A program made the translations under genes and the position numbers. Below, in pieces: positions 1-8,988 of a DNA stretch of 32,000 bases (position 1 is the stretch's first letter; the number at the start of each line of letters is the position of its first letter). This DNA is from Dictyoglomus thermophilum H-6-12 (GTDB lineage: Bacteria; Dictyoglomota; Dictyoglomia; Dictyoglomales; Dictyoglomaceae), in the NCBI RefSeq assembly GCF_000020965.1, contig NC_011297.1, positions 664,387-696,386 of the forward strand. The letters are read 5' to 3'. The notes below the pieces were generated by a model. It saw only the letters and a program-made list of their open reading frames with translations, was not told where the DNA came from and did no database searches.

Positions 1-2474
1 AGCAAAAGAGGAAGTTTATGTCTACGGGATATTTCTCAAAGGTGGATGTTAACGAAGTAAAATCCGGAGAGGGTTTTATTGTAATTTTCAATTTTCAAGA
101 AAATCCTGTTCTAGAAAAGATAGAAGTTAAAGGCTTACAGAATTTAAGAAAAGAAGATGTTTTATCTATGATTGGGATTAAGGAAGGAATGTTAATATCA
201 GAAGATGATTTGATGGCTAAAAAAGAAGAGATAATAAGCTCAAATATGTTTTCAAAGGTAGAATTTAATATAACTAAAAAGGAAAATAAACTTTATCTAA
301 CTATTAACTTGGAGGAAAATCCACTTGTTTCTAAAGTGGGCTTGATTGGTAATAATAAGTCTAATATAAAAGATATTCAGGCAATCCTTTCTATAGTTGG
401 GGATATTTCGGAAAATACCATTATTTCAAAAAGTAGTATTTATTATTCTGAAGAGTTAATATCTTTATGGAAGGCTAAATTATTAGAAACGGGATATTTT
501 AAGAAGGTTGAACTAAATCCAAAAAGAGTGAATGAAAGGTCAGTAGAGGTTGAGATCACAGTTGTAGAAAATCCATGGGTTGTAGCTATAGATGTTAAGG
601 GACTAGTTAACCTTAAGAAAGAGAAGGTTATGGAAGTTATTTCGGGAAGAGGTAGAGGATTCTTAAATGATAACTACTTAAATGAACTGAAAGAAAAATT
701 GCTAAGTACTGGTTGGTTTTCTTCTGTTGACACTAAGTATGTTATAACTCCTAATAACTATGCATATATTACTTTAACAGTGGTAGAGAATCCTATTTTA
801 AAAAGCATTACATATTCAGGGTTAAGGCTTATTCCTGAAAAGGAAATTAAAAAGTACCGTATCTTAAAAGAAGGAGATTTTATTTCCGATGATAGGATAG
901 AGGAACAAATTACAAAATTTGAAAATATGGGGTATTTTTCCAAAGTAAGTGTGGAAAAGAGTGTAGAGAATGATAAAGTGAGTCTTAATTTTATCTTTAA
1001 TGAAAATCCAGAAGTTAAAAAAATTGTTTTTGAGGGGCTTTTGGGGGTATCAGAAAAGGAACTGAGACAAGTTTTGCTAAATAAAGAGGGATTACCTTTT
1101 AATTCGGTATTTTTAGATAAAGATGTTCAAAGTATTTTGAATCTATTGCAGAGCAAGGGGTATGTTTTTGCTTCTATTCAAAATGTAGTTTTCAACAATG
1201 AGGGAGAATTAATCTTTTACTTTAAAGACTATAAAGTAGAAGATATTCAGGTAGAGATAATACCCTCAACTGAAACTTCCGTTTTAAGTTTTCTTGCCAT
1301 ATTTAGAAGACCTACAGACAAGAACGTAGTAAAGAGAGAAATATCTTTGTCGGTGGGAGAATCGGTAAATATAGAGAAGATAAAGTCTGATCTTCAAAGG
1401 ATATATAATGTGGGGATATTTGAAGATGTCTCAGTTAGATTTGATAAAGGAAGTACTGAGGATAGTGTGAAAGTGGTTTATGTTGTAAAAGAGAAACTTT
1501 CGGGTTCTTTTAATTTTGGTGGTGGATATGCAACCGATGTAGGATTATATGGATTTGTTGAATACAAAGAGAAAAATTTATTTGGAAAAGCTCAACAGCT
1601 AAGTTTACAGCTCTCTTTGACTTCTTTGGCTAAAATTAATTATCAGTTAACTTTTATAGATCCATGGTTTTTAGGGGGTAGAAATGCCTTCCAGTTAGAT
1701 CTTTATGACAAAAAAGTAAATATTACTGATGCTACAACTTCCTCTACTTCTACTTTTGAAAAGGCAGGAGGGGCTTTTTCTTTTTCTTATCCTCTTGAGA
1801 ATTTCTGGAGCATAAGCCTAGGCTTCAAATATGAGAGTATTACTCCCATAGAATCATCCACAATGACGACCTCTACCACTGTGGGAAGCTTCAATGTAGG
1901 ATTGTGGAGGGATACTCGTGATTTCTATTTGAATCCTACACAGGGTTCTAGACAAGCTATTAGTATTGAGTTTGCAGGAGGAGGCAGTGAATCTAATTTC
2001 ATAAAATATAATGTGGATCTGCAATGGCATCTTCCTCTAACAAATAGAGAAAGTCCTATCTCTATTTCTCAGCAAAAGGAAAGGCAAGTTTTGTCTCTAA
2101 AGATAGGATTTGGTTTTGAAGAAGGAAATTTTCCATCCACAGAACTTTTTACTCTTGGAGGCACAAGTACGATAAGAGGTTTCTCTGATAACATCTTTAA
2201 GGGAGATACATACCTTCTTTTTAATATGCAATATAGAATCCCGTTAGGAAATAATTTATACGGTGTTTTATTTGTAGATTCAGGAAGTGCTTGGTATAGA
2301 CAGGATGTAACTTCATTGACAGATATTAAATTTTACACAGGCATTGGTTTAGGACTTAGATATGATACTCTTATTATTCCTATAAGAATTGACTTTGGTT
2401 ATAATTTTGGAAATGATCCTATAGCTCCTAATACTAAATGGAGAGTACACTTTAGTTTTGGTGATATTTTTTAG
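1..2474 (+). CDS. bamA: Outer membrane protein assembly factor BamA (Omp85 family); 5' end probably cut by the window edge
   Basis: Track ORF 18..2474. The frame stays open back to base 3, and the first residues (TGYFSKVDV...FQENP) read like the C-terminal half of a POTRA repeat, so the true start is likely upstream. Six further POTRA-like units follow, with linkers LEENP, VVENP, VVENP and FNENP. A ~325-aa barrel region then starts at GSFNFGGGY, contains a loop-6-type TIRGF motif and ends in an aromatic beta-signal (HFSFGDIF). Confidence 0.85.
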   Translation, partial: QKRKFMSTGYFSKVDVNEVKSGEGFIVIFNFQENPVLEKIEVKGLQNLRKEDVLSMIGIKEGMLISEDDLMAKKEEIISSNMFSKVEFNITKKENKLYLTINLEENPLVSKVGLIGNNKSNIKDIQAILSIVGDISENTIISKSSIYYSEELISLWKAKLLETGYFKKVELNPKRVNERSVEVEITVVENPWVVAIDVKGLVNLKKEKVMEVISGRGRGFLNDNYLNELKEKLLSTGWFSSVDTKYVITPNNYAYITLTVVENPILKSITYSGLRLIPEKEIKKYRILKEGDFISDDRIEEQITKFENMGYFSKVSVEKSVENDKVSLNFIFNENPEVKKIVFEGLLGVSEKELRQVLLNKEGLPFNSVFLDKDVQSILNLLQSKGYVFASIQNVVFNNEGELIFYFKDYKVEDIQVEIIPSTETSVLSFLAIFRRPTDKNVVKREISLSVGESVNIEKIKSDLQRIYNVGIFEDVSVRFDKGSTEDSVKVVYVVKEKLSGSFNFGGGYATDVGLYGFVEYKEKNLFGKAQQLSLQLSLTSLAKINYQLTFIDPWFLGGRNAFQLDLYDKKVNITDATTSSTSTFEKAGGAFSFSYPLENFWSISLGFKYESITPIESSTMTTSTTVGSFNVGLWRDTRDFYLNPTQGSRQAISIEFAGGGSESNFIKYNVDLQWHLPLTNRESPISISQQKERQVLSLKIGFGFEEGNFPSTELFTLGGTSTIRGFSDNIFKGDTYLLFNMQYRIPLGNNLYGVLFVDSGSAWYRQDVTSLTDIKFYTGIGLGLRYDTLIIPIRIDFGYNFGNDPIAPNTKWRVHFSFGDIF

Positions 2475-2479
2475 AAGAA

Positions 2480-3958
2480 ATGGAGGGGTATAAATTGAGG
2501 AAGATTATTATTTTTACAATACTTATTTTTGGACTTTTAGGAGTGATATATGGGGATGAAAATTTTCTTATACAGGGAATAGTATTTGATGGTGTAAAAA
2601 ATGTACCTTATGATGTTCTGCAAAATAGCATTAATATAAAGGTTCTTAATACCTACTCAAAGGATTATATTGAGAAGGAAGTACAAAAACTTTTGAAAAC
2701 TGGCTATTTTAAATATCTGAGCTATGAACTTATTAAAAGAGATGTAGGATACGAATTAGTAATCCATGTGGAAGAATTACCACTTATTTCTAAAATTGTA
2801 TTTCCTGATACTAAACTTGTTTCTGTAGAGGAGATAAAAGGCATTCTTTATAGTAAAGAAAGAGGATTTTTTAATGAAGAAAAAACTAAAGAGGATTGCA
2901 GTAAGATTGAGGAATATTACTCAAAGAAGGGATTTGTTTTAGCAAAGAAACCAGAGTATTTCTTTAAGGATAACGTATTAACCTTTACCTGGGAGGAGCT
3001 TCCTCCTATAGGTAGAATTGAAGTAAAAGCAAAGAGTTATTGGGAAGAACCTTTAATAAAGCGTTACCTTAAAATAAATGTTGGCGATTATTTAAATATG
3101 AATAAAATAGAGGAGCTAAACGACCTCTTTAACAAGAAAAATATAAAGATCAAAGTTCAACCAGAGTGGAAGATTGAAAAAGAGAGTACTATTTTATATC
3201 TTAACGTGGTATATTTACCCCCTCGAGAAATATCTCTTTCTTATAATTACAATGAATCCACCGATCTAAGTTTAGGATATTTTTGGGGAAATGTTGGTTA
3301 TATAAAAGGATTTGTGTCTTCTAATCTTCAGGGAAGTATTGATTATGGGATTAGTTTGCAAAGTTATTATCTTGATTTGAATATAAACAATAAAGACTAC
3401 AGTGTTGCTTTAAAAAGACAGATGTCAAAAACAAATAATATTGAAGCGGAGTTAGGATATAGAGGGAGTTTTGTGATAAATGATAAGGCTTTGTTTATTT
3501 ATTTTACTCAAGATTTATTAAAAACTGATAATAATGTACCAGAGTCTGGAAGATATGTGAGGATAGGTTTGGATTTCCATGGTGGTGGATCTTTATTCAA
3601 TTTCTCAATCTTATCTTTTGAGGGTAAATATTATCTGACTTTAGGACAAGGATTAGATAGAAAGATAATTGGATTTGAAGGTGATTTAAAATATCCTTTG
3701 GGTAATTCTCCAGAAAGTGGAAATTTAGGGATAAGGTTATTGTATACTATACCCTTAGGAAATAACGCATATGTAAGTTTAAAAGTAGGAGGTGGTAGTA
3801 ATTTTGATAATTTAAGTTCGCTTTCAGATTTAAAATTTAATATTTTAGGTGGTATTGATTTAGTTAGTTCTCAAAGATTTGTGGATTACTCTATAAATTT
3901 AGAAAGTGATTTTGTGAATATCTTGAAGTTTAAAGCTGAGACAAAAATAAAATTTTAG
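2480..3958 (+). CDS. Omp85-family outer membrane protein with POTRA-like repeats (BamA/TamA-like paralog)
   Basis: Starts 5 nt after bamA. It has a signal-peptide-like N-terminus (KIIIFTILIFGLLGVIYG) and POTRA-like units (IQGIVFDGVKNVPYDVL...TGYFKYLSYEL...VEELP; ISKIVFPDTKLVSVEEIKG). About 250 aa of G/Y/S/N-rich, alternating beta-strand-like sequence follow, ending in ...AETKIKF. Confidence 0.6.
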   Translation: MEGYKLRKIIIFTILIFGLLGVIYGDENFLIQGIVFDGVKNVPYDVLQNSINIKVLNTYSKDYIEKEVQKLLKTGYFKYLSYELIKRDVGYELVIHVEELPLISKIVFPDTKLVSVEEIKGILYSKERGFFNEEKTKEDCSKIEEYYSKKGFVLAKKPEYFFKDNVLTFTWEELPPIGRIEVKAKSYWEEPLIKRYLKINVGDYLNMNKIEELNDLFNKKNIKIKVQPEWKIEKESTILYLNVVYLPPREISLSYNYNESTDLSLGYFWGNVGYIKGFVSSNLQGSIDYGISLQSYYLDLNINNKDYSVALKRQMSKTNNIEAELGYRGSFVINDKALFIYFTQDLLKTDNNVPESGRYVRIGLDFHGGGSLFNFSILSFEGKYYLTLGQGLDRKIIGFEGDLKYPLGNSPESGNLGIRLLYTIPLGNNAYVSLKVGGGSNFDNLSSLSDLKFNILGGIDLVSSQRFVDYSINLESDFVNILKFKAETKIKF

Positions 3959-3970
3959 GAGGCGTATAAA

Positions 3971-4438
3971 ATGAAGAAATATGGATTTTTAGCTTTAGTT
4001 CTATTAATCTCAGTAGCCTTTGTTTTCGTTGGTTTAAAGATTGTTGGAGCACAAACTCAACAGCCCAAGATAGCCTATATTGATGAAGATAAACTTCTTA
4101 GAAATTATCAGCCCTTTATGAATGCTTACAATAAGTATCAACAGGAATACCAAGATAGGTTAAATAAGATAGCAGAGGCTCAAAAGGCAGGAAAGTCTCA
4201 GGATGAAATTAAAAAGTTGTCAGATCAGTATGATAAAGAATTAGAACCTTACAAACAGGCAGTACAGAAGGTATTGGAAAATTTGAGAAAGACTTTAGAT
4301 GGTATTTTTGCTGATCTTTCTAAAAAAGAGGGATATATAGCAGTTCTAACCAAGTCCGTTCAGGGGCAAGATGTAGTTATATGGGGTGGTGTTGATATTA
4401 CAGATAAAGTCATAAAAATACTTTCAGGTAGTAAATAG
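3971..4438 (+). CDS. skp: Periplasmic chaperone, Skp/OmpH family (copy 1)
   Basis: AGGAGG lies 8 nt upstream of the ATG. The product is a signal-peptide-bearing, 155-aa, K/E/Q-rich helical protein. The mature N-terminus KIAYIDEDKLL and the C-terminus VVIWGGVDITDKVIKIL fit OmpH proteins. The position matches the conserved bamA-skp-lpxD synteny. Confidence 0.7.
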   Translation: MKKYGFLALVLLISVAFVFVGLKIVGAQTQQPKIAYIDEDKLLRNYQPFMNAYNKYQQEYQDRLNKIAEAQKAGKSQDEIKKLSDQYDKELEPYKQAVQKVLENLRKTLDGIFADLSKKEGYIAVLTKSVQGQDVVIWGGVDITDKVIKILSGSK

Positions 4439-4440
4439 AT

Positions 4441-4863
4441 ATGAGAAGAGGTAAGTTATTTCCAATCTTGTTTTTGAGTTTGATTTTTACTTTTAGTGTC
4501 ATATCTTCTACTCAAACCTTAAATGTTGGTGTATTGGATTATTCTAAGGTTTTCATGGAGTATAAAGAAACAAAAACTGTTCAGAATGAGATAAAGAAAA
4601 GGCAGGAAGCGATAGAAAAGTTGATCGAGAATTACAAGAAAAAGGGTATGAGTGAGAAGGAGATTAACGAATATAGGGTAAAAGAGGAGAAAAAGTTGGG
4701 TGATTTTGTGGAGGAAGCAAGGCAAAGGATAAGGACTAAAATTTATAAAGAGGTCGAAAAAGTAGCTAAGTCCAAAAAATTGTCGGTAGTTTTAGAGAGG
4801 AAAGTAAGAATTTGGGGTGGAATTGATATTACGACAGAAGTTTTGAATAATTTGAATAAGTGA
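4441..4863 (+). CDS. Periplasmic chaperone, Skp/OmpH family (copy 2)
   Basis: Starts 2 nt after the copy 1 stop. It has a signal peptide followed by LNVGVLDYSKVF and a K/E-rich helical body. Its C-terminal VRIWGGIDITTEVLNNL parallels copy 1. Confidence 0.7.
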   Translation: MRRGKLFPILFLSLIFTFSVISSTQTLNVGVLDYSKVFMEYKETKTVQNEIKKRQEAIEKLIENYKKKGMSEKEINEYRVKEEKKLGDFVEEARQRIRTKIYKEVEKVAKSKKLSVVLERKVRIWGGIDITTEVLNNLNK

Positions 4864-4875
4864 AGGTGAATCTAT

Positions 4876-5889
4876 ATGCTTCTTAGCGAGATTGCAAAGA
4901 TTATTGGGGGAGAATTAACTGGTGAGGATATGGAGATAGAAAAAGTAGCAGAGTGGGAGTCTGCTACAGAGAGGGATCTTGTCTTTGTTTTTAAAAGTAA
5001 AGATGTGGCAGAAATCGAAGATAAAACAAGGGCAAGGTCTCTCGTGATTCCTTCTGATGGGAAAGCAAAAAAGACCCATATAAAAGTTGAGGATCCAAAA
5101 CTTGCCATGGCAAAAATTCTAAAGTTTTTTGATTTTAGAGTTTATCCATCAGGTATTCATAATACTGCTGTTTTGGGAAATAATGTGGAACTTGGGGAAA
5201 ATACAGGTATAGGAGCCTATGTGGTTATAGGGAATAATGTAAAGATAGGGGCAGGAACCAAAATTTTTCCAGGGGTAGTAATAGGAAATAACGTAGAGAT
5301 TGGGGAAAATTGTATTATTTATCCTCGTAATACTATTTATGATCATGTAATAATTGGGAATAATGTGATAATCCATTCGGGTTGTAGCATTGGCGTCGAT
5401 GGTTTTGGATATGTTTGGGATGGAAAGGAACATTTTAAAATTACTCATATAGGGAAAGTAATTATTGAAGATAATGTGGAAATTGGTGGAAATACAGTAA
5501 TCGAAAGAGCGACTTTAGGAGAGACTCGAATAGGAAAGGGCACTAAAATAGGATCATTGATAATGATAGGACATAATGTTAAGATCGGTGAAAATTGCGT
5601 TATAGTAAGCCAAAGTGGTATAGCAGGAAGTAGCATTCTTGGAAATGGTGTAATAATGGCAGGACAAAGCGGTGTTTCTGACCATGTAAAGGTGGGAAAT
5701 AATGTAGTAATTTTAGCAAAGAGTGGTGTAACGAAGGATGTGCCTGATAATACAGTAGTCTCAGGTTTTCCTGCAAGGCCTCATAGCGAAGAGATGAAAG
5801 TTCAGGCAATTTTAAGGAAACTTCCTGAACTTTGGGAAGAAATAAGAAAGTTGAGGGAAAAAATTGGGCAAACAGGCAACAATAAGTAA
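4876..5889 (+). CDS. lpxD: UDP-3-O-acylglucosamine N-acyltransferase LpxD
   Basis: The N-terminal uridine-binding-type domain (LSEIAKIIGGEL...) is followed by a long run of left-handed beta-helix hexapeptide repeats (GNNVxIG, repeated) and a C-terminal helix. It lies in the skp-lpxD-fabZ-lpxA synteny. Confidence 0.9.
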   Translation: MLLSEIAKIIGGELTGEDMEIEKVAEWESATERDLVFVFKSKDVAEIEDKTRARSLVIPSDGKAKKTHIKVEDPKLAMAKILKFFDFRVYPSGIHNTAVLGNNVELGENTGIGAYVVIGNNVKIGAGTKIFPGVVIGNNVEIGENCIIYPRNTIYDHVIIGNNVIIHSGCSIGVDGFGYVWDGKEHFKITHIGKVIIEDNVEIGGNTVIERATLGETRIGKGTKIGSLIMIGHNVKIGENCVIVSQSGIAGSSILGNGVIMAGQSGVSDHVKVGNNVVILAKSGVTKDVPDNTVVSGFPARPHSEEMKVQAILRKLPELWEEIRKLREKIGQTGNNK

Positions 5890-6703
5890 TTCTTTTACTG
5901 CTGAAGGAAAGGGTTTACATATAGGAGGTTTTTCTAAGTTAACTTTTGAACCTGCTCCTATTGATACAGGGATAGTCTTTATAAAAGAAGGGATAAAGGT
6001 TCCTGCTCTTTATAATTATGTTTTTGATACTAAAAGACGAGTTGTATTAGGTAATAAGGATAAGCTTATCTCTACTGTAGAACACTTGCTTTCAGCTATA
6101 TACGCTTTAGGTATATCAAACTTATTTATATATGTGGAAGGTGACGAAATACCAATTTTGGATGGAAGTTCTGTTAAGTGGTGTGAATTGTTGTATAATG
6201 CTGGAATTAAAATTCAAGATGCTGAAAGAAGATCATTTTCTTTGATGGATAGTGTTTTGATAAGGGATGGTAATGGGTTATTGCTTCTTTTTCCATCGGA
6301 AAGATTGGAGATTTTATGTGCCATATCTTTCCCTAAATCCTTTATTAAATGGCAAAGGTTTTATTTAGATTCTTTAGATAAGTATTTTAATGAGATTGCT
6401 CCTGCAAGAACCTTTGGATTTTATTACGAAGTAGAAGATTTGATTAAGAGAGGATTAATATCAGGGGCAGACCTTGAAAATGCCTTGTTAGTTGGAGAAG
6501 AGGGATATGTTAATTTACCAAGGTTTTTTGATGAGCCTGTAAGACACAAAATCTTGGATATAATTGGTGACTTCTCTTTGTTGGGAATGGATTTAAAAAT
6601 GAGGGTTATTTCCATAGGTTCAGGCCATTCTTTACATATAAAAGCTCTTGAGATTATAAGTAATAAATTTATTGAAGGGGGAAGGGAGTTTGAAAGAAGT
6701 TAA
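5864..6703 (+). CDS. lpxC: UDP-3-O-acyl-N-acetylglucosamine deacetylase LpxC
   Basis: TTG start with GAGGG about 6 nt upstream; overlaps lpxD by 26 nt. LpxC motifs present: KQATI...GKGLHIGG, TVEHLLSA, EIPILDGS, RHKILDIIGDFSLLG and GSGHSLH. Confidence 0.9.
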   Translation: MGKQATISNSFTAEGKGLHIGGFSKLTFEPAPIDTGIVFIKEGIKVPALYNYVFDTKRRVVLGNKDKLISTVEHLLSAIYALGISNLFIYVEGDEIPILDGSSVKWCELLYNAGIKIQDAERRSFSLMDSVLIRDGNGLLLLFPSERLEILCAISFPKSFIKWQRFYLDSLDKYFNEIAPARTFGFYYEVEDLIKRGLISGADLENALLVGEEGYVNLPRFFDEPVRHKILDIIGDFSLLGMDLKMRVISIGSGHSLHIKALEIISNKFIEGGREFERS

Positions 6704-7124
6704 CATATTAAATATCTTGCCTCATAGATTTCCCTTTCTTTTTGTGGATAAGGTTATTGATTATAAAGAAGGAGAAAATCTTAGAGCTGTTAAAAATGTT
6801 TCTTACAATGATTATTTCTTTATGGGCCATTTTCCTCAAAGACCTGTTATGCCTGGAGTCTTAATTGTTGAAGCTTTAGCACAAGCTTGTGGGCTTTTAC
6901 TTTATCTTAGTTATGGTGAAGGAAAAGATCCTAATAGTTTTATGGCCTATCTTGCCGGTATTAATAATTTTAAGTTTAGAAGAAATGTATTACCTGGAGA
7001 TATTTTAATTCTCGAAGTCAAAATTAAACAAACTCTAAGAAATATTTATAAATTAGATGCAAGGGCTTTTGTGGATGATAAGTTAGTGGCTGAGGGTGAG
7101 ATTACAATAGCTTTAGGGGGCTAA
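6690..7124 (+). CDS. fabZ: 3-hydroxyacyl-ACP dehydratase FabZ
   Basis: Hot-dog dehydratase motifs ILPHRFPFLFVDKV and FFMGHFPQRPVMPGVLIVEALAQ. The track ORF begins at TTG 6672. I prefer the in-frame TTG at 6690 because the purine run GGGGGAAGGGAG sits immediately upstream. Either start overlaps the lpxC 3' end in a different frame. Confidence 0.88.
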   Translation: MKEVNILNILPHRFPFLFVDKVIDYKEGENLRAVKNVSYNDYFFMGHFPQRPVMPGVLIVEALAQACGLLLYLSYGEGKDPNSFMAYLAGINNFKFRRNVLPGDILILEVKIKQTLRNIYKLDARAFVDDKLVAEGEITIALGG

Positions 7125-7126
7125 CA

Positions 7127-7900
7127 ATGAATTCGATAATTAGCGACAAAGCGGAGATAGGAGAAAAAGTTGAAATAGGTCCCTTTTGTGTCATAGAGGA
7201 AGGAGTTAAAATAGGCAAAAATACAAGGATCGAGTCTTTTGTTCATATTAAAAAAGGGACCATTATAGGAGAAAATTGTCATATACATTCAGGATGTGTT
7301 TTAGGAGATATTCCTCAGGATTTGAGCTTTAAAAATGAAGAGAGCTTTTTAATCATTGGTAATAATGTAACCATACGAGAAAATTGTGTATTTCATAGGG
7401 CTACGGGAGAAGGTAATGTTACAGTAATTGGAGATAACTGTTATTTGATGGCATATGTTCATGTGGCTCATAATGTTAAAATAGGTAATAATGTGATAAT
7501 AGCAAATGGTACTCAACTTGCGGGTTATGTGGAGGTAGAAGATAGGGCTTTTATAAGTGGACTTGTAACTGTTCATCAGTTTGTGAGAATTGGAAGTTAT
7601 GCCATGGTAGGTGCTTCTACAAAGCTTGTTAAGGATGTTCTTCCTTACTCTCTATGTGATGGAAATCCTGCAAAGGTATATGGTATAAACGTTGTGGGAT
7701 TGAGAAGAAATAATTTTTCTACTGAAAAAATAAGGACAATAAGGTTGCTATTTCATTTGATATATGATAAAAATCTTTCTTTTGAAAAAAGGCTGGAGCT
7801 TCTAAAAAATAGGGAAGAAGAAGAGGCAAAAATTCTGTATCAGTTTATTATAAGATCAAAACGTGGAATAACCGATGCATCTTGGAGGAGTGAAGAATGA
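7127..7900 (+). CDS. lpxA: Acyl-ACP--UDP-N-acetylglucosamine O-acyltransferase LpxA
   Basis: Hexapeptide-repeat beta-helix (…VHVAHNVKIGNNVIIANGTQLAGYVEVED…) followed by the LpxA-type C-terminal helical domain (NVVGLRRNNFSTEKI). It sits between fabZ and lpxB. Confidence 0.9.
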   Translation: MNSIISDKAEIGEKVEIGPFCVIEEGVKIGKNTRIESFVHIKKGTIIGENCHIHSGCVLGDIPQDLSFKNEESFLIIGNNVTIRENCVFHRATGEGNVTVIGDNCYLMAYVHVAHNVKIGNNVIIANGTQLAGYVEVEDRAFISGLVTVHQFVRIGSYAMVGASTKLVKDVLPYSLCDGNPAKVYGINVVGLRRNNFSTEKIRTIRLLFHLIYDKNLSFEKRLELLKNREEEEAKILYQFIIRSKRGITDASWRSEE

Positions 7901-8988
7901 AAATATTTCTATCGGCATTAGAGGTTTCGGCTGATATTCATGGTGCAAAATTAATAAATGCATTAAAAAACAAAGCTAAAAATATATATTTCTATGGACT
8001 TGGTGGAGAGAGGATGAAAGAAGAAGGGATGGAAGTATTATACGACGTAACTCAATATAGTACTGTTGGTTTTGTAGAACCTATTCCTTATATTCCAAAA
8101 CTTTTATTAGTTCAAGAAAGGGTTAAAAGGATAATTAAGGAGACGAAACCTGATTTAATAATTTTTATAGATGCTCAGGGATTTAATTTGCCCCTTGCGA
8201 AATATGCTAAAAAATTAGGTTTGAAAACAATCTATTATTTTGCTCCTCAATATTGGCTTTGGGGAGATAAGAAAAAGGTAAAAGAGGTCTTAGATAGTCT
8301 CTCTTATGTTATTGCTACTTTTCCTCAAGAATATGAATTATATAGAAGCTTTGGAGACAATGTAGTATATTATGGTCATCCTCTGGTAGATTATCTACTG
8401 CCCTATAAAGATCTTGAACGGGAAAAAAATATCATAGGACTTTTCCCAGGCAGTAGAATTCAAGAGATTAAAAATTTGACTCCTATTTTTTTAGAGATAG
8501 CTGATAGATTGAAAGTAAATGGATACAGATTTGTAATGCCTATTGCCTCTGAAAAATTCTCTAATTTAGTTTTTGAGTATGTAAGGGGCAAAGATCATAT
8601 AGAATTAGTTTCTGGAAAAGAGAGTCAGAAATATTTAAAGATTTCATCTTTGAGTCTTGTGGCTTCTGGTACTGTAACCTTAGAGGCAGCTATTTTAAAA
8701 ACTCCTGCTATGGTTTTTTATAAAATCTCTCCTGTAACTTATCATATTGCTAAAAGACTTGTTCACTATACCTTTATAGCACTGCCCAATATTATTCTTA
8801 ACCAGATGATTTACCCGGAATTTATTCAGAAGATTGATATAGAAGAAGTAATGACTAATATAGGAAGAATTTTAAAGGACGATATTTATAGAAAAAATTT
8901 AGAAGATAAATTAAAAGAGTTAGAGACTAAGTTAGGACAACCTGGAGTTTTGGACAGAATTTCAAACTTTATTTTAGAAATAATATGA
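7897..8988 (+). CDS. lpxB: Lipid-A-disaccharide synthase LpxB (GT19)
   Basis: ATGA overlap with lpxA. LpxB-type motifs: N-terminal SALEVSADIHGAKLI, LFPGSRIQEI, ASGTVTLEAAILKTPAMVFYK and ALPNIILNQMIYPEFIQ. Confidence 0.85.
   Translation: MKIFLSALEVSADIHGAKLINALKNKAKNIYFYGLGGERMKEEGMEVLYDVTQYSTVGFVEPIPYIPKLLLVQERVKRIIKETKPDLIIFIDAQGFNLPLAKYAKKLGLKTIYYFAPQYWLWGDKKKVKEVLDSLSYVIATFPQEYELYRSFGDNVVYYGHPLVDYLLPYKDLEREKNIIGLFPGSRIQEIKNLTPIFLEIADRLKVNGYRFVMPIASEKFSNLVFEYVRGKDHIELVSGKESQKYLKISSLSLVASGTVTLEAAILKTPAMVFYKISPVTYHIAKRLVHYTFIALPNIILNQMIYPEFIQKIDIEEVMTNIGRILKDDIYRKNLEDKLKELETKLGQPGVLDRISNFILEII

Noticed and set aside
5864-7124. Possible LpxC-FabZ fusion, or a frameshifted fusion gene; such fusions exist in some phyla.
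   Set aside because: lpxC and fabZ are in different reading frames. lpxC has its own stop at 6701-6703, and fabZ has its own start preceded by a strong purine-rich RBS. They are two separate overlapping genes with no sign of a frameshift.
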